Source: Klebsormidium nitens (taxonomy: Eukaryota > Plantae > Klebsormidiophyceae). From it: 64,000 nt of DNA. The DNA lies in NCBI GenBank assembly GCA_000708835.1, contig DF237385.1, positions 1 to 64,000 on the forward strand. Direction: 5' to 3'. Made by a program: the position numbers and the translations under genes. Every line of letters begins with the position of its first letter. The first letter of the stretch is position 1. Below, one piece after another: positions 22,899 to 34,402 of the stretch. Below the pieces are notes generated by a model. That model worked only from the letters and a program-made list of their open reading frames with translations, made no database searches and was not told the origin of the DNA.

Positions 22899-25800
22899 TC
22901 AGTTGAGCATCGAAGGGGGCGGTGTCTGGAGCATCCTCTTCACCATGTCCATCCCAAACATCGACTCCGAAGAACTGCACGAAACAAGGGTAGATTCGAG
23001 AAAAGAGGTCAGGAAAGGGGACTCCTCAAATAAGATTTCAGAAACTTACAGAAGAGAAGGCTTCATTTGCTCTTTTCTCTAAAAGAGAGCGTCCTGTTAC
23101 GGCCGCTTGATGATTTCTGCACCGGTGACTGCAACAATGGAGTGATGCGAGATGCCTGCAGATCGGTGCTCCCACCCCCGTTTCTAATGATCACCGAAAA
23201 AGTACAGCTACTTATTAAGGGCCAGCTTTGTCAGCGCATCCGCTCCATCCAGGAAAAGATACCAGTATTGACAGGGAGAAAGGCAAATGTCGGCTGAGAG
23301 GAAGAAACACAAGCCAATAGGCCTTTTCTGGCCCCAAATGGACTGAACGAAACCAGACAGTCAAACAGTCAGGAGGCTTTCGTCTGACGGTGGGCTGGTC
23401 CGACAGCCGGATGCTGCAATCAGCGACGCAAGCAAAAGGTGGTTGCGGACGTCAAAGCCGTCTTGCCCGATAGGCCCTTGTATTTTACAAGGGCTTTGTT
23501 GGAGTCGCTGACATAATGAGCGACCAATAATGAGCGACATTATGAGCGAGACATGTCGCTCATCATTTCAGAGATAATGTCGCTCATTATTGGTCGCTCA
23601 TCATTTCAGCGACTCCAACAAAGCTTTAGAGCCCTCAGAACTAGCGACCATAACATTTGCTCGCCCGGAGTGGTGGTCTCTACGAAACCCAGAAGCATTG
23701 GAACATCCTCACAGGATTCCATGATAATGTTGAGCCGCTCACTTGGGAATGGTGATTTCATACGGGAACGACGCGACGTCCGAGTGGATCACGGGCGGTA
23801 TGTGCTCCTTCTTCTCGTTCACGATTTGCAGCACTTGCAGCAGGACCTCCCGGAGGGATCCCTCGAGCGCGGCCTGCCGTCGGTTACGGTCCTCGAGCAC
23901 CGCTTCTGCAGGACGATTGCGGTTTGGTTGAGTTGAGAGATGGTTAGGTTGAGGTTCGGTTAGGATGGGGTATGCTTAAGTTGAGGTTTGCTTGTACGTA
24001 ACGGTGTGGTTAGGTTAAGGTTTGCTTAGGGTGAGGCTTGATCAAGTTGCGGTCCTCAAGTACCGCTTCTGCAGTGACGCCTGGAATCTGGTTGGGTCGA
24101 GTCAAGTTTCGGTTAGACAGACCCCTCAAACTTCAGCGTTTGAAACGGCTAGTTGGGGACGTCCCCTGACAACGGCTCTGTAGGCAACCGGTCATCTTCA
24201 GAAATAACGCGGAGCGCTTTGGCGGATACCAGACAGAGAAGTCGTCCCGCACCTGACGACTTCAGAAGAGACCTCCTCAAGCAGAGTCAATCCTACTGCG
24301 TGCTGGAAGCAATATTGGCGGCGCATCATTCGTGGTAGAGCAGCCAATCAAAATCTTCACTCCATTAGAGAGTCCCCAAGAGTTGAGCGAAAGACATTCT
24401 TCGACACGTTCTGGTCAACCTCCCCAACAGAAAAGCTTCTTCTCGGGCACTGCCTTTGCAGACAGCTGAAAGTGTTGATGGGCACCGGAACGAACACGAC
24501 AGTTGGTAACGAAGAACAGAGACTTTTGATTCAGGGCTCCCAGATAACTTCGTGACAAACAGACTTCCAACTTCCGAGGAATCTCACATTTTCCCTTGCA
24601 GACCTTGATTCAAAAGTCACCGCTGCTGCAAAGCACATTTCAATTCTCCGATACATATTCTGTAACGTACCAAGTCTTCCTTCCTTTCCGTTTCGCAGAC
24701 AAGAGACAAGATGCACAAGTTTCTGGCCTCTACACAAATCCCCTGCACTTAGATGCACTCGTGAAAACAGGAATCAGAATATTGGTCACCTGCTGAGTCC
24801 GTGAACGCCGAAAACTCCTGCTTCTGCGGCGCCGGTGCGTCCTCTTGCCCCGGCTTTGCCACGTTCAGGTTCACGTTCCACTGCTCCCAATACTGGCGCT
24901 CCACCTGCCGGCTGAACCAGATCTGCTTCGACTTCTTCTCGTTGTAGAATGACAGGCAGATCTGGCCCTTTCTGGTGGGATGCTTCTCTACCCAACCGCA
25001 AAACTGGTCTATCCGCTCCTCGATGCGCTTCTCGATGCTCGCGTCACCGCACTGGACGTACGTGATGTCGAAGAGCTCGGAGTCGACGTCGCGGGGGCGC
25101 ACGAGGCCGAGCGCTCGGTTGAACATGATGGTGTGGAGGATGCCTGCAAGGAGCGCAGGAAGGATAGTGAACCGCGGGGCATTGATTTGAGACATTTGAA
25201 AACAACACACAAAGGTGTTGCAATAGGGTGTAGGTTGTCCTGCCGGGAAGAACCTGGAGCATCACATGGATATGATTAAGCATAATCAGCCGAGACTGGG
25301 TGGAGCAGACAAGCCAAGCATTATTGTCTCTGAAATAACGAGAGACCACTCCCAATTACAGGTTCAACAACTGTCGCTTTAACAGCCTACTGAGTCTCCT
25401 CAATTGCAGCTGGCTAAACGTCGTAAGCACCCGAGCATCATTCAGCTGCTCTTTTAAGTCACAGGCATTTTGGCAAGTCCAAGATTAGATTGGGCAACCG
25501 GCCCTTACGTGTTGTGAGCAGCCCAGTCCTCACAATCTCACGGGTTTCAAGCATCGAAGGAGTTGCCCTCAAAGTGAATATGAGAACAACAGATCATCCC
25601 ATGGTTTGAGTACATACTGCCTTCAGAGAAGCATGCTCCAGAAAAGAGGGGATGAGCAACTTACATCTTAACACTTCCCTAACTTGATAGTGCTCGACAT
25701 CCTGCAAGCATCATAATGGGAAAGTCATGAGCAAAGAAGCGGATTTAATCAAGGTGGTGTCCAGCAAGCCAGTCTGGCCATTCTATGTTGAAAAGGTGGT

Positions 25801-26334
25801 CAAAGTTGGTGGATTTTGGAGTCATCTATACGCATTGTGAGGCATTTGGCCCAAAACATTTTGCTTCTACCTGGCCAAAAAACGGTGCAAAATAAAATCC
25901 GCCAACAACTTATGTCATGACCTGATCTTTACTAAGCAGGCTTATGGAAAAGTTCCCCTGTATAGGTCCTCTTTTCAACCAGTGGACATAGAGGGCAGTT
26001 CCCAGGACCTCTGCGAATGGTTATGATAACAAACCCTAATCTTGTGCCATCAGAAAGCCTGTGTGATGACGTGCTTAGCAGGGAGAGCAGCCTTCAACCG
26101 CACAACATAAAGCAGGCAAGAAGCAAACAGAGCCGTTGGCAACTTCAGAACGAAAGGACTACCAGTTGCAAACCTTTACAAAGAAAGAAGAGACAAAAGA
26201 TTGCTTCACTGTGGTTACAGTTACCTGACCATCTTTCTTGACAAAGGACATTACCTAACAAAGAGAGCAGGGAAAAGGACGTGAATAACAGTTTTACTTA
26301 CGAGATCCTTGAGGTCAAACACTTCACAGTTCAT
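22899..26334 (-). CDS. ATG101: Autophagy-related protein 101 (exons 26334-26302, 25701-25665, 25143-24790, 23905-23743, 22974-22899)
   Basis: Spliced product MNCEVFDLKDL|DVEHYQVREVLRC|ILHTIMFNRALGLVRPRDVDSELFDITYVQCG...YWEQWNVNLNV...|EAVLEDRNRRQAALEGSLREVLLQVLQIVNEKKEHIPP...FPYEITIP|NSSESMFGMDMVKRMLQTPPPSMLN* is colinear with plant ATG101. Confidence 0.95.
23493..23624. repeat. Near-perfect ~132-bp palindrome (foldback) in ATG101 intron 4
   Basis: gctttgttggagtcgctgacataatgagcgaccaataatgagcgacattat pairs with ataatgtcgctcattattggtcgctcatcatttcagcgactccaacaaagc, giving ~50-bp arms with few mismatches and internal atgagcgac repeats. Confidence 0.9.
23935..24040 (+). repeat. Degenerate GGTTAG/GGTTTG telomere-like low-complexity tract
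   Basis: ggttaggttgaggttcggttagg...ggttaggttaaggtttgcttagggtgagg. Confidence 0.5.
24043..24075 (-). pseudogene. Degenerate duplicate of the ATG101 exon-4 acceptor and first codons
   Basis: ctgcag|AAGCGGTACTTGAGGACCGCAAC at 24068 lies 163 bp upstream of the true ctgcag|AAGCGGTGCTCGAGGACCGTAAC at 23905. Confidence 0.75.
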
Positions 26335-26726
26335 TGCTCACAACCTTCGTAAGTTATGAGGTATAGCATCAGGCCGAGTCATGCTGGTCAGCTGTAACTT
26401 GTCATTGCTCCAGCACAATTGCTGCACAATCGTAAGGGTCGCCAGGATAACGCGACCTCCAAGGTTTAATAGTGGCGCACATTGAGCAAAGATGGCGTCT
26501 TCTTCAACTTCAAGTTCAAGTTCTAGCAGGCCATTAGGACTATGTCATGAACTTCGCTGGGCGAGCATGGTCGAGCATGCACTTGGGTTCAGGGATCCCC
26601 CCAAGGGCTTTCGACGACAAAGTCAAATTATTGGGGAGCATCTGCTGCAGAAAAAATCGAATCGAATTGTGTGCGTGAGTTGACGTCATGATCGCCAGAG
26701 AGAGCTTGGCCCAAGTATAGGTTTAA

Positions 26727-27666
26727 CACTGGAACCGTAAGTGCTCACTTTAGTGAGCACCTATTGAAAGTCACCGCTTTTTATGGTCAATGTATATGAT
26801 GGAAAGTTTTCAAGGCATAGGTGGACTTATGTACCTATAAGGGACCCAAGACACCAAAAATGTGGAAGATCCGCGCAATTTCCGGAACCATTTATCCTAT
26901 AAACTTCCCTATTCCTGAAACAGTGTTAAAGAGCAAAGCAAGACAATTGTGACTAGGTAAACAGACTTTTCTTGACATTTTTTGACGTTTGTGTGTCAAA
27001 GGCACCCTAAAGACCCTAGAAATCCACTTTTGCAAAACTTCAACATGTTCGGGGGATCTTGGATGCATGCAAAACCACCAGTTTTACTCAGGTCAAATAT
27101 GCTGGTTAGTAGCTGCTACTTTATGTGGGTTATTCAAAGAGTTTGGGTATGGAAACTTGGTAGGAGCCAAACCAACCCCCAAGAACCATCAGGCTACGCT
27201 GTCCAACTCAATTCCTCACAATTTGCGTACCCAAGTCCCTAAGTTTCAAAAGGGTCAGAATTGACAAATGGGGTTTGTAGATCTTGGGTTAACAACTTAA
27301 CCTAACCCGTTGAGGGGGTAGTCAGGACCCATAGGGTCTGGGTTGACCATGTACCAAGTGGGTTTGAGAAATTTCTTTATATGACCCCCCGAAACATCAA
27401 AACCACAAGTGCTCACTTTAGTGAGCACTTAATTCTCCTGGTAAAAATGACACTATATTTGTCCAACTAATCTTCTATATTGACTTCACAATTGAAGGTC
27501 GTTTTTGATTTTCTTCAGTTTCAAGGGCGCTTTTAGTATAAAACATGATGTTTTGCAATGCCATAACTTGTTTTGCATCAAAAAGTCAAAAAACCAACAC
27601 AGAAATGACGTCCGAAGCTTGAATGCAGATGCTCACTAAAGTGAGCATTTACTTACGGTTCTAGTG
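26727..27666. mobile_element. Non-autonomous piggyBac-like DNA transposon (940 bp, TTAA target-site duplication)
   Basis: TTAA|CACTGGAACCGTAAGTGCTCACTTTAGTGAGCAC ... ATGCTCACTAAAGTGAGCATTTACTTACGGTTCTAGTG|TTAA. The terminal inverted repeats are ~35 bp, TTAA is present on both sides, a third copy of the palindromic motif sits at 27409-27428, and there is no transposase ORF. Confidence 0.85.
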
Positions 27667-29388
27667 TTAAATAGACAGCTCAGACTCGGAGCTCATGTGC
27701 ATTGGAGTTTTGGCATCTCATCCGCCTCAACGTTCACACTCCAACTGAGTTACTTCCATTCAGGTTCTTCTCCTTTATTATGTTGCATTGCAGCAATCTT
27801 ACAGCGTATAGAAGCGCCAAAAATTCTACCTGTTTCGCCAGGGACTAAAGCCTGATCTGCGGGGGTCTTTTGTGGCTACTTGGGGGGGTGGAGGCTGAAG
27901 ATTACAGTGGGGTCTTCAGGTCTCTGACAGAGCATTGTGCTATCAGAAGCAGTGGGTAGAATCTGTCCGCTCAGGCTAGAAAGCAATGTCACAAGCATGG
28001 GACTCAGCAACGAGGCGCCTGGACTGCTCTGGTAAGCTTGATTGTGACGACAGTGAACCTTTCTATTTGCTGATGGAACCTTACCTCCAAACTCAATCTG
28101 GCCTGCTGGAAGTGATAGCGTGGGTCACCATGATGGAAATCCTCATGCAGCAAAGACAATGAGTTGACTGCGCATCCAGGAAGCTGCAAAAGATGTTATA
28201 TACTTGACGTTTCAAAAGCTTGGCGTTAGGCCTTAACTTCAACCCAATTGAAGCATGCGCATCCGTTGTTTGATCTTACTCCCTAAGTTTGAAAATCTGA
28301 GAGCCAGCAGATTGCCCTATCAGGTCTACGCGTATTCCTTGCTGTGTGCCGCTCACCTCGTGTACTCCTCTGACGGCCGTAGCCACTTGAACATGGTCAC
28401 GTCTTGTTTGTACGTCGCATCAGATTCTCGATCTGCATTCAGCCTGCTTTGTGAAGTGCGACAAACCTCTTGCACAAATTTTGAGTCAACGGAAAGAGGA
28501 TTTGCAGCTTTCCATGCGTGTCGAGCACCATAGCTTACTGATTGTTGCAGGCAGACCATCTGGCCCCCTGTCTGGCCTAAGCAGACAACACAACACCAAT
28601 TCCTAAGGCCCCTGACGACTCTTCTTCTGCAGATCGCTTTGACGACGGGCTTTCTGCAAGGAGATTCCATCCTCGAGACAAGAAAGCAGCCAAGCCATCT
28701 GCGGTCGCAAGTACTCTAGCTCTAGGGTGCAACTCGTCTAAAAAACATCATGGTTGCGAACATGCAAGAGGTGGGTACATCCTTGCCCTGATGCTAGATT
28801 TTTCTCAAGCACCAGAACACGTCTCCATAAAATCAAACCCGTTTCAGTCAATCAGTCCTCGTTTTGATAGAGACCAAGGTTCCCGCAGTGGCTTGAGAAA
28901 CATCTGCGACCCCACGGGCCATGGCAGGATCAAACCTGCACACTGCTGGTTGGTCTCACTTAAAAACTTGCCGCTGGTATGCAGAGCGAGAGGGAAATCA
29001 TGCAGGTTCTGAAAGAAAATGAACAATCAGAGACAATCATATTGGCACCCAATGGTTGCTCCAAATACTTCAGCCTTTCGGTGATAATCACTTTCTGTCG
29101 CTGACCAAGTACACCACATGTTTTTCTAAAGTTGGCGGCTTGTCTAGATTTGAAGATGGCATCGAGATGGCGGTTTCCAGAACCAAACACTGTTGAAAGT
29201 AGCGCGCATCCCAATCCTGTGCCAAACGTTACCTCTATGTACAAAAGTGAAAGCTTTCTTCCCAAGCTCGTTGGAAGTTGAGCCTCCCAGGAAGGCCGTT
29301 TGGCAGCGCTAAAGCGCGATCAGTGTGGTTTTTCAGAGCGGTACTGATGCAGATGACTTTTTCCCCTCCTTTTTCTGGTATGTAGGCC

Positions 29389-32300
29389 ATGGTGAGCCGT
29401 TGCAGCTGCTCAGGAACATAAACTCATCATATACATTTACACTTCGTAAGATCAGACAGAAGGTGTTCTGATTGACTGTTGCTTCTTCCTTGCCTGCAAG
29501 TTCGTACTTTCCCTTCGGCGTTACACCTTGAGACGCTGAGACGATCTGGAAGGGCGCATCTCTTCCTTATGCAAGTCTTCCCTTCTCTAAATTCGATTAT
29601 CAATATTTCTTGCATTCTATCAGTGGCACTATCTGCACCTATCAAAGTGGTAGCTAATGATCTGCCCAGCAGGACTCCCCAGCAGTCCTTGTCAGCATGT
29701 TCCGAGCACACTTTCAACCAGAGAAGCTTTTCGTCTTGCCATTGGCGCATATGCTCATCCCGTCTCCTTGTCTCTATTCCAGGGTCGCCTCCAAACGTTC
29801 GTGAACCTGTACTGCAACCTCCTCGAGACCGGTCAGGTCGCCAAAGCGCTGAAGGAGCTCACCCCCGTCGTAACCAAAGCGGCAGAAAGCGCTCGCAGCT
29901 GCGGCGCGACGATCTCGAAGCCGTCGAGAGAGTACAAACGGGTACGCGCGCGCTGGACCTCTTCTTTGACCGCGCGTTGGGGCTCACCAGGGAAGGGAAC
30001 AAGACGGACTTGCTTCTGCTTTCGGGTAATCTGCACAACCTGCGGCTTATGTCGCTCTGCCCAGAGTTTGCCGCACTTTTAGCAAAAGCCGGGGTCCTCA
30101 CAAAGCTGAGGCCGCTTCTGCTGCACACTGTCGAGTGGCTGAAAACGGACAGCATCCTAGACCCCAGGAAAGAAGCGGAGCGAATGGTCGCGGGGGAGGC
30201 GTTGCGAGTCGCCGCGACAGCTGTCAACGACGACGACGAAGACGCGCTGGCGGTCGTTAACGAGAGCGGGCTTTTTTCTCGACTCCNNNNNNNNNNNNNN
30301 NNNNNNNNNNNNNNNNNNNNNNNNNNNNNNNNNNNNNNNNNNNNNNNNNNNNNNNNNNNNNNNNNNNNNNNNNNNNNNNNNNNNNNNNNNNNNNNNNNNN
30401 NNNNNNNNNNNNNNNNNNNNNNNNNNNNNNNNNNNNNNNNNNNNNNNNNNNNNNNNNNNNNNNNNNNNNNNNNNNNNNNNNNNNNNNNNNNNNNNNNNNN
30501 NNNNNNNNNNNNNNNNNNNNNNNNNNNNNNNNNNNNNNNNNNNNNNNNNNNNNNNNNNNNNNNNNNNNNNNNNNNNNNNNNNNNNNNNNNNNNNNNNNNN
30601 NNNNNNNNNNNNNNNNNNNNNNNNNNNNNNNNNNNNNNNNNNNNNNNNNNNNNNNNNNNNNNNNNNNNNNNNNNNNNNNNNNNNNNNNNNNNNNNNNNNN
30701 NNNNNNNNNNNNNNNNNNNNNNNNNNNNNNNNNNNNNNNNNNNNNNNNNNNNNNNNNNNNNNNNNNNNNNNNNNNNNNNNNNNNNNNNNNNNNNNNNNNN
30801 NNNNNNNNNNNNNNNNNNNNNNNNNNNNNNNNNNNNNNNNNNNNNNNNNNNNNNNNNNNNNNNNNTTTTCTCGACTCCGAGCGCACCTGCCCTGGCGCAA
30901 GCAAGTCCGGCTGAAGCCCGAGGCGGCGAACGACCTCTCCGTGATCCTCCTGGCGGCCGCGGACTTCGCGTGCATCTCCTTTGCGGCGGAACGGAAGGAG
31001 AAAGTCACGGCGATCGGGTGGTGTTTCGACAATGACGTCTTTGGCTGGATACAGGGCATGGTCCGATGGGCTGCCACAGCTGCGGACGGCAACGCTAAAG
31101 CACGGGCCCCGCTTGACGCGTTCGTGGGGCACGAATTTTCGCTGCTAGGATCGTTCCTGGGTACCGCTTCGCTGGCGAACCGGCTGCTCGACAAGCTGGC
31201 GCCCGCGCGCGCTCTCGCGGAGAGGCTGGTCGCCGACGTGAGCCGTGACGTCAGCGAGGCTGGGGCGTTCCTCACGTGCGTGGCGCAAGCAGAGGCGCTC
31301 CGCCGGGCTGCGGCGGTGCCGCGGTGGCCCGTCAACGCGCGCCTCCGGATCCACTCACTAGGCGGTGGGGAGGCTTCTGAAGCGGAGGAGGGAGCGAATG
31401 GGCGCATGCCAGCTCAGCAGCTGGTCGACACGAGGGATCCCTCGGGGATCATCGGAGTAAACGGTGACATCATGGGCATCGGTCAGAAAGACAAGCAGAG
31501 CGCGGCGGAGTTGGACTGGTCCCGTATCGTGCGGGAACTAGAGTCGGGAGACGAAGACGTAATGCGCGAGTTGCTGCCCAGGTTGACCGGCTTCTTCGTC
31601 GCGTTGCCGTCGCGGGGGGCCCATTTAACCTCGTCAGAGGTTACCCCGAGGGCATGGGCCGAGAGCTTGTTAGCACTGCTGGAGGGCGGGAAGTGCTCGG
31701 GGCTTTGGCAGGAGCCCGGGGCGCTGGGCAGCTTTCTGCTTGTTCTCCACATGGCGTTCCGTCAGCCGGTGACGTGGGCACCCCGGAGCGGAACAGCGGA
31801 GCAGGAACGGTGGGCGGTCGACATGGGGTCTCGGTTGATGGCGTGGGTGTACCCCAGAGTCGACCGCTTGTGTCTCCAGGCGCTGCTGATGTCATGCGAC
31901 GCTCTGCGTGACGTTTTGAACGCAACCTGGGCGGTCAAGCGTTTGCGGTGACCGACGGCCTTTACCTCGAGTTCGGGTTCGCCCTGTTCCGAGTGCTGGA
32001 AACCCTCGCGGCTTCCGCGCCGTTCGAAGTGAACAAGCTGCTCTGGTCCGCCGCTGACGAGTACATGACGGCGATGCTGACGTCACCCACGCAGGAGCCT
32101 CGCGGGCCCGAGGCGCCTCGGTTGATGTCGTCCCTGGAGGTCGCCGTGCTAGACCGGGGAATCTTGGAGTGGGCAGTACGAGAGCGGCGACCCAGATGGC
32201 GCCAGAAGCGGACGCCCAAGCACGAGGCGCTGCTCGCCAGAATCTTCCAGGTGGCAGGACGTCACGAGCCGGGACGACAGAGATTCGGCACGTGCGAGGA

Positions 32301-33410
32301 TGGCGTGGCGATTCTGCTCGGCGAGGCTCATTTCGCCGCCACAGGAGCGGTGACACTACACTCAGCCAAGTTGCACCGGGCCGCCACCGTATCTACGAGG
32401 GATCCCCCCGTTTGCAACCGGGACGTCGCCTCTTGCCTGGAGCGCTTGACCCGGCTGCTGGCGACGCTCGGAGATCTGACGGGTTACACGTCAGCAGAGC
32501 GCGCGCACGCTCGCTGGCGCGAGCTGTGCGCCGCGGACGGCCTCGTCCTGCTGAAGAAGGTGCTCGGGCAGCGACGCTGTTCCGGTCGCTTGGGGCGGAA
32601 TACCTGGGGCCGGACGGAAGCGGGGCCTTGGGGGAGGCGCTGGACTGCGCGGAGCGCCTGTGGATGAAAGCGGCAGCCGACGGGGGACTCAAAAAGTGCG
32701 GCAGTCCGATGAGCGACTCGTGCCCTGCAAGTCAAACGTCGCTTCTCGCAAGTCATTCAGAAGGCTCGAGATCGACACGCCGAGGTAGGTCGCAAGTCGA
32801 ACTTCGAGGGCTACCCGGCTTTGATCCAGACAAACCAATCTTAAGGAGTTTCTCTCATACCCATATTCAGTCAAGATGTGGACAAATCATCTTCGCGGTC
32901 GCTTGCATGATTGCGTGAAGATCCCGAATATTGCAGGCCTTCTGTCGCCGGCTTGTTGGTTCTATAGTCCTTGGCAAGCAGCTCTTGAAGCGGCTCCTCG
33001 CGATTTACTCATCTTCAAAGAGCGCACCGAAGGAGCTCCCCCACTTGCTGTCCATTAGCAGACGGCGAGTCTTCCTTTCAAGTGAGGCGTTGCTTGATAT
33101 CAAGTTGCCTTAAGGAGCAAGTTTTAAACTCAGAATATCGAAGTTCGAATGTAGACCTTGGGTTTCACTTTTGAACTGACACCTATGGGACATCTCGACA
33201 TAGACTATCAGTCTAGATCGATGAAAGTTCACCATCCCTCTTCCAATGTTTGCTTCTCTTCAGCAATGTACCGCAGTAGAAATCGTAAAAGGGGAATACA
33301 AGCGCTGTGGGCAGTGCAAAGGCGTAAGTTATTGCGGCGAACGGTGTCAAGCCGCCCACTGGCGTCAAGGGCATAAAGCGGTCTGTCAACTAAGCAGGAT
33401 GACGATGTAG
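29389..33410 (+). CDS. Large alpha-helical (ARM/HEAT-like) protein with C-terminal MYND zinc finger; frameshifted in this assembly
   Basis: Leu/Ala-rich coding-like sequence runs from the acceptor at 29783 to ~32730 across consecutive ORFs. The C-terminal CGSPMSDSC...EYKRCGQCKGVSYCGERCQAAHWRQGHKAVC (to the stop at 33410) is a canonical MYND pattern. The start at micro-exon ag|GCCATG|gtgagc (29386-29391) is tentative. Confidence 0.7.
30287..30865. other. Assembly gap (579 N), probably spurious
   Basis: Both flanks carry ttttctcgactcc. Merging them gives the in-frame SGLFSRLRAHLPWRKQVRLKPEAANDLSVILLAAADF. Confidence 0.8.
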
Positions 33411-34014
33411 AGAAACACATCAAATGATCTAGAGAGTCAAGGATTCAGTCCAGAAACCAGCAAGCCAGAGAGATCAGCGGGTCGTGAAGAAACTTGAACC
33501 CTTGATTCGTACCTCGATGATAAGAGTTCCGATATCTAAAGTGTTCTCTAGTGGAAACTTTAGGGCGCATATCAAATTCATGTGCACGTGATGCCTTACC
33601 TTATATTTCGCGGTTATAAATCAATGTTCTCTGAATGTGAATGCGTTTATACATGAGGATGCATAATCGAGTGAAAGAGCCCGGCTCTTGCGCACATGTG
33701 AGCATGCAGGTGAGAGCCGGACGTACCACGTCGATCGAAGTAACCACACAAGCTACCTATGGTGGGTCTCGACGGTATCGACCGCGCGACGGTCGGGTCT
33801 CAAATTTGTATGACCGGTGTCACGCGTCGCGACACATTTTGTACGCAGTACTAACGATCGTACTCGGCCGTACTAGAGAATCGGGTCCGAATTCATGAAT
33901 CGAGCTTTTCCTGACACGTCGATCAAACGGGCAATTACGTACTACCCGGAGGTACGGTACCGTCGCGCGAGACTCGAGTCTGCGCGGCCGACAAATTTAA
34001 ATTTCATGGTCTTG

Positions 34015-34402
34015 GTCGGAACTTCCGACTTGTACCGTGCACGAGTACCGCGGTACCCAGACTGAAAGAAGAGTGCAGAGATTTGATATAGGAGTGTAAG
34101 AGAAGGCGCTCTTCAAAATCCAACAATGGCGGCCAACTTTGCGCCTCCTATGCTGCTATTTGAGATTTGTCCTGAACAAAACATGATGTTGGAGCTTCAA
34201 AGGACAGCTAATGACGGTCCCCCAACATTTTTTTTAGCTTGTCAAAGGTTTCTGCATGTTGCATAAGCCGCATCTTAGTGTGGCATTTTCATGCTCCCGT
34301 CAAAGTGTAAAATAATACACTTGTTTACAACTTCATGACACTCACTTACGGCCGAGCAAAAATTCCTGAGTACTCGAACCGTACATGTTTCGGAAGTCCG
34401 AC
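34015..34402. mobile_element. Old imperfect inverted-repeat element (MITE-like relic)
   Basis: gtcggaacttccgacttgtaccgtgcacgagtac (34015-34048) resembles the reverse complement of gtactcgaaccgtacatgtttcggaagtccgac (34370-34402). No target-site duplication was identified. Confidence 0.45.

Noticed and set aside
26031-26039. Telobox AAACCCTAA in ATG101 intron 1
   Set aside because: A single 9-mer with no adjacent site II cluster; could be chance.
28004-29750. Minus-strand segments with good donors (gtgagc ~28358, gtaagg ~28083) suggesting a small spliced gene
   Set aside because: I could not assemble a phase-consistent ORF with a start, and no family resemblance was convincing.
30157-32918. 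Long antisense or alternate-frame ORFs over the MYND gene, and N-spanning ORFs at 62612-63451
   Set aside because: These are shadows of GC-rich coding sequence or artefacts of N runs.
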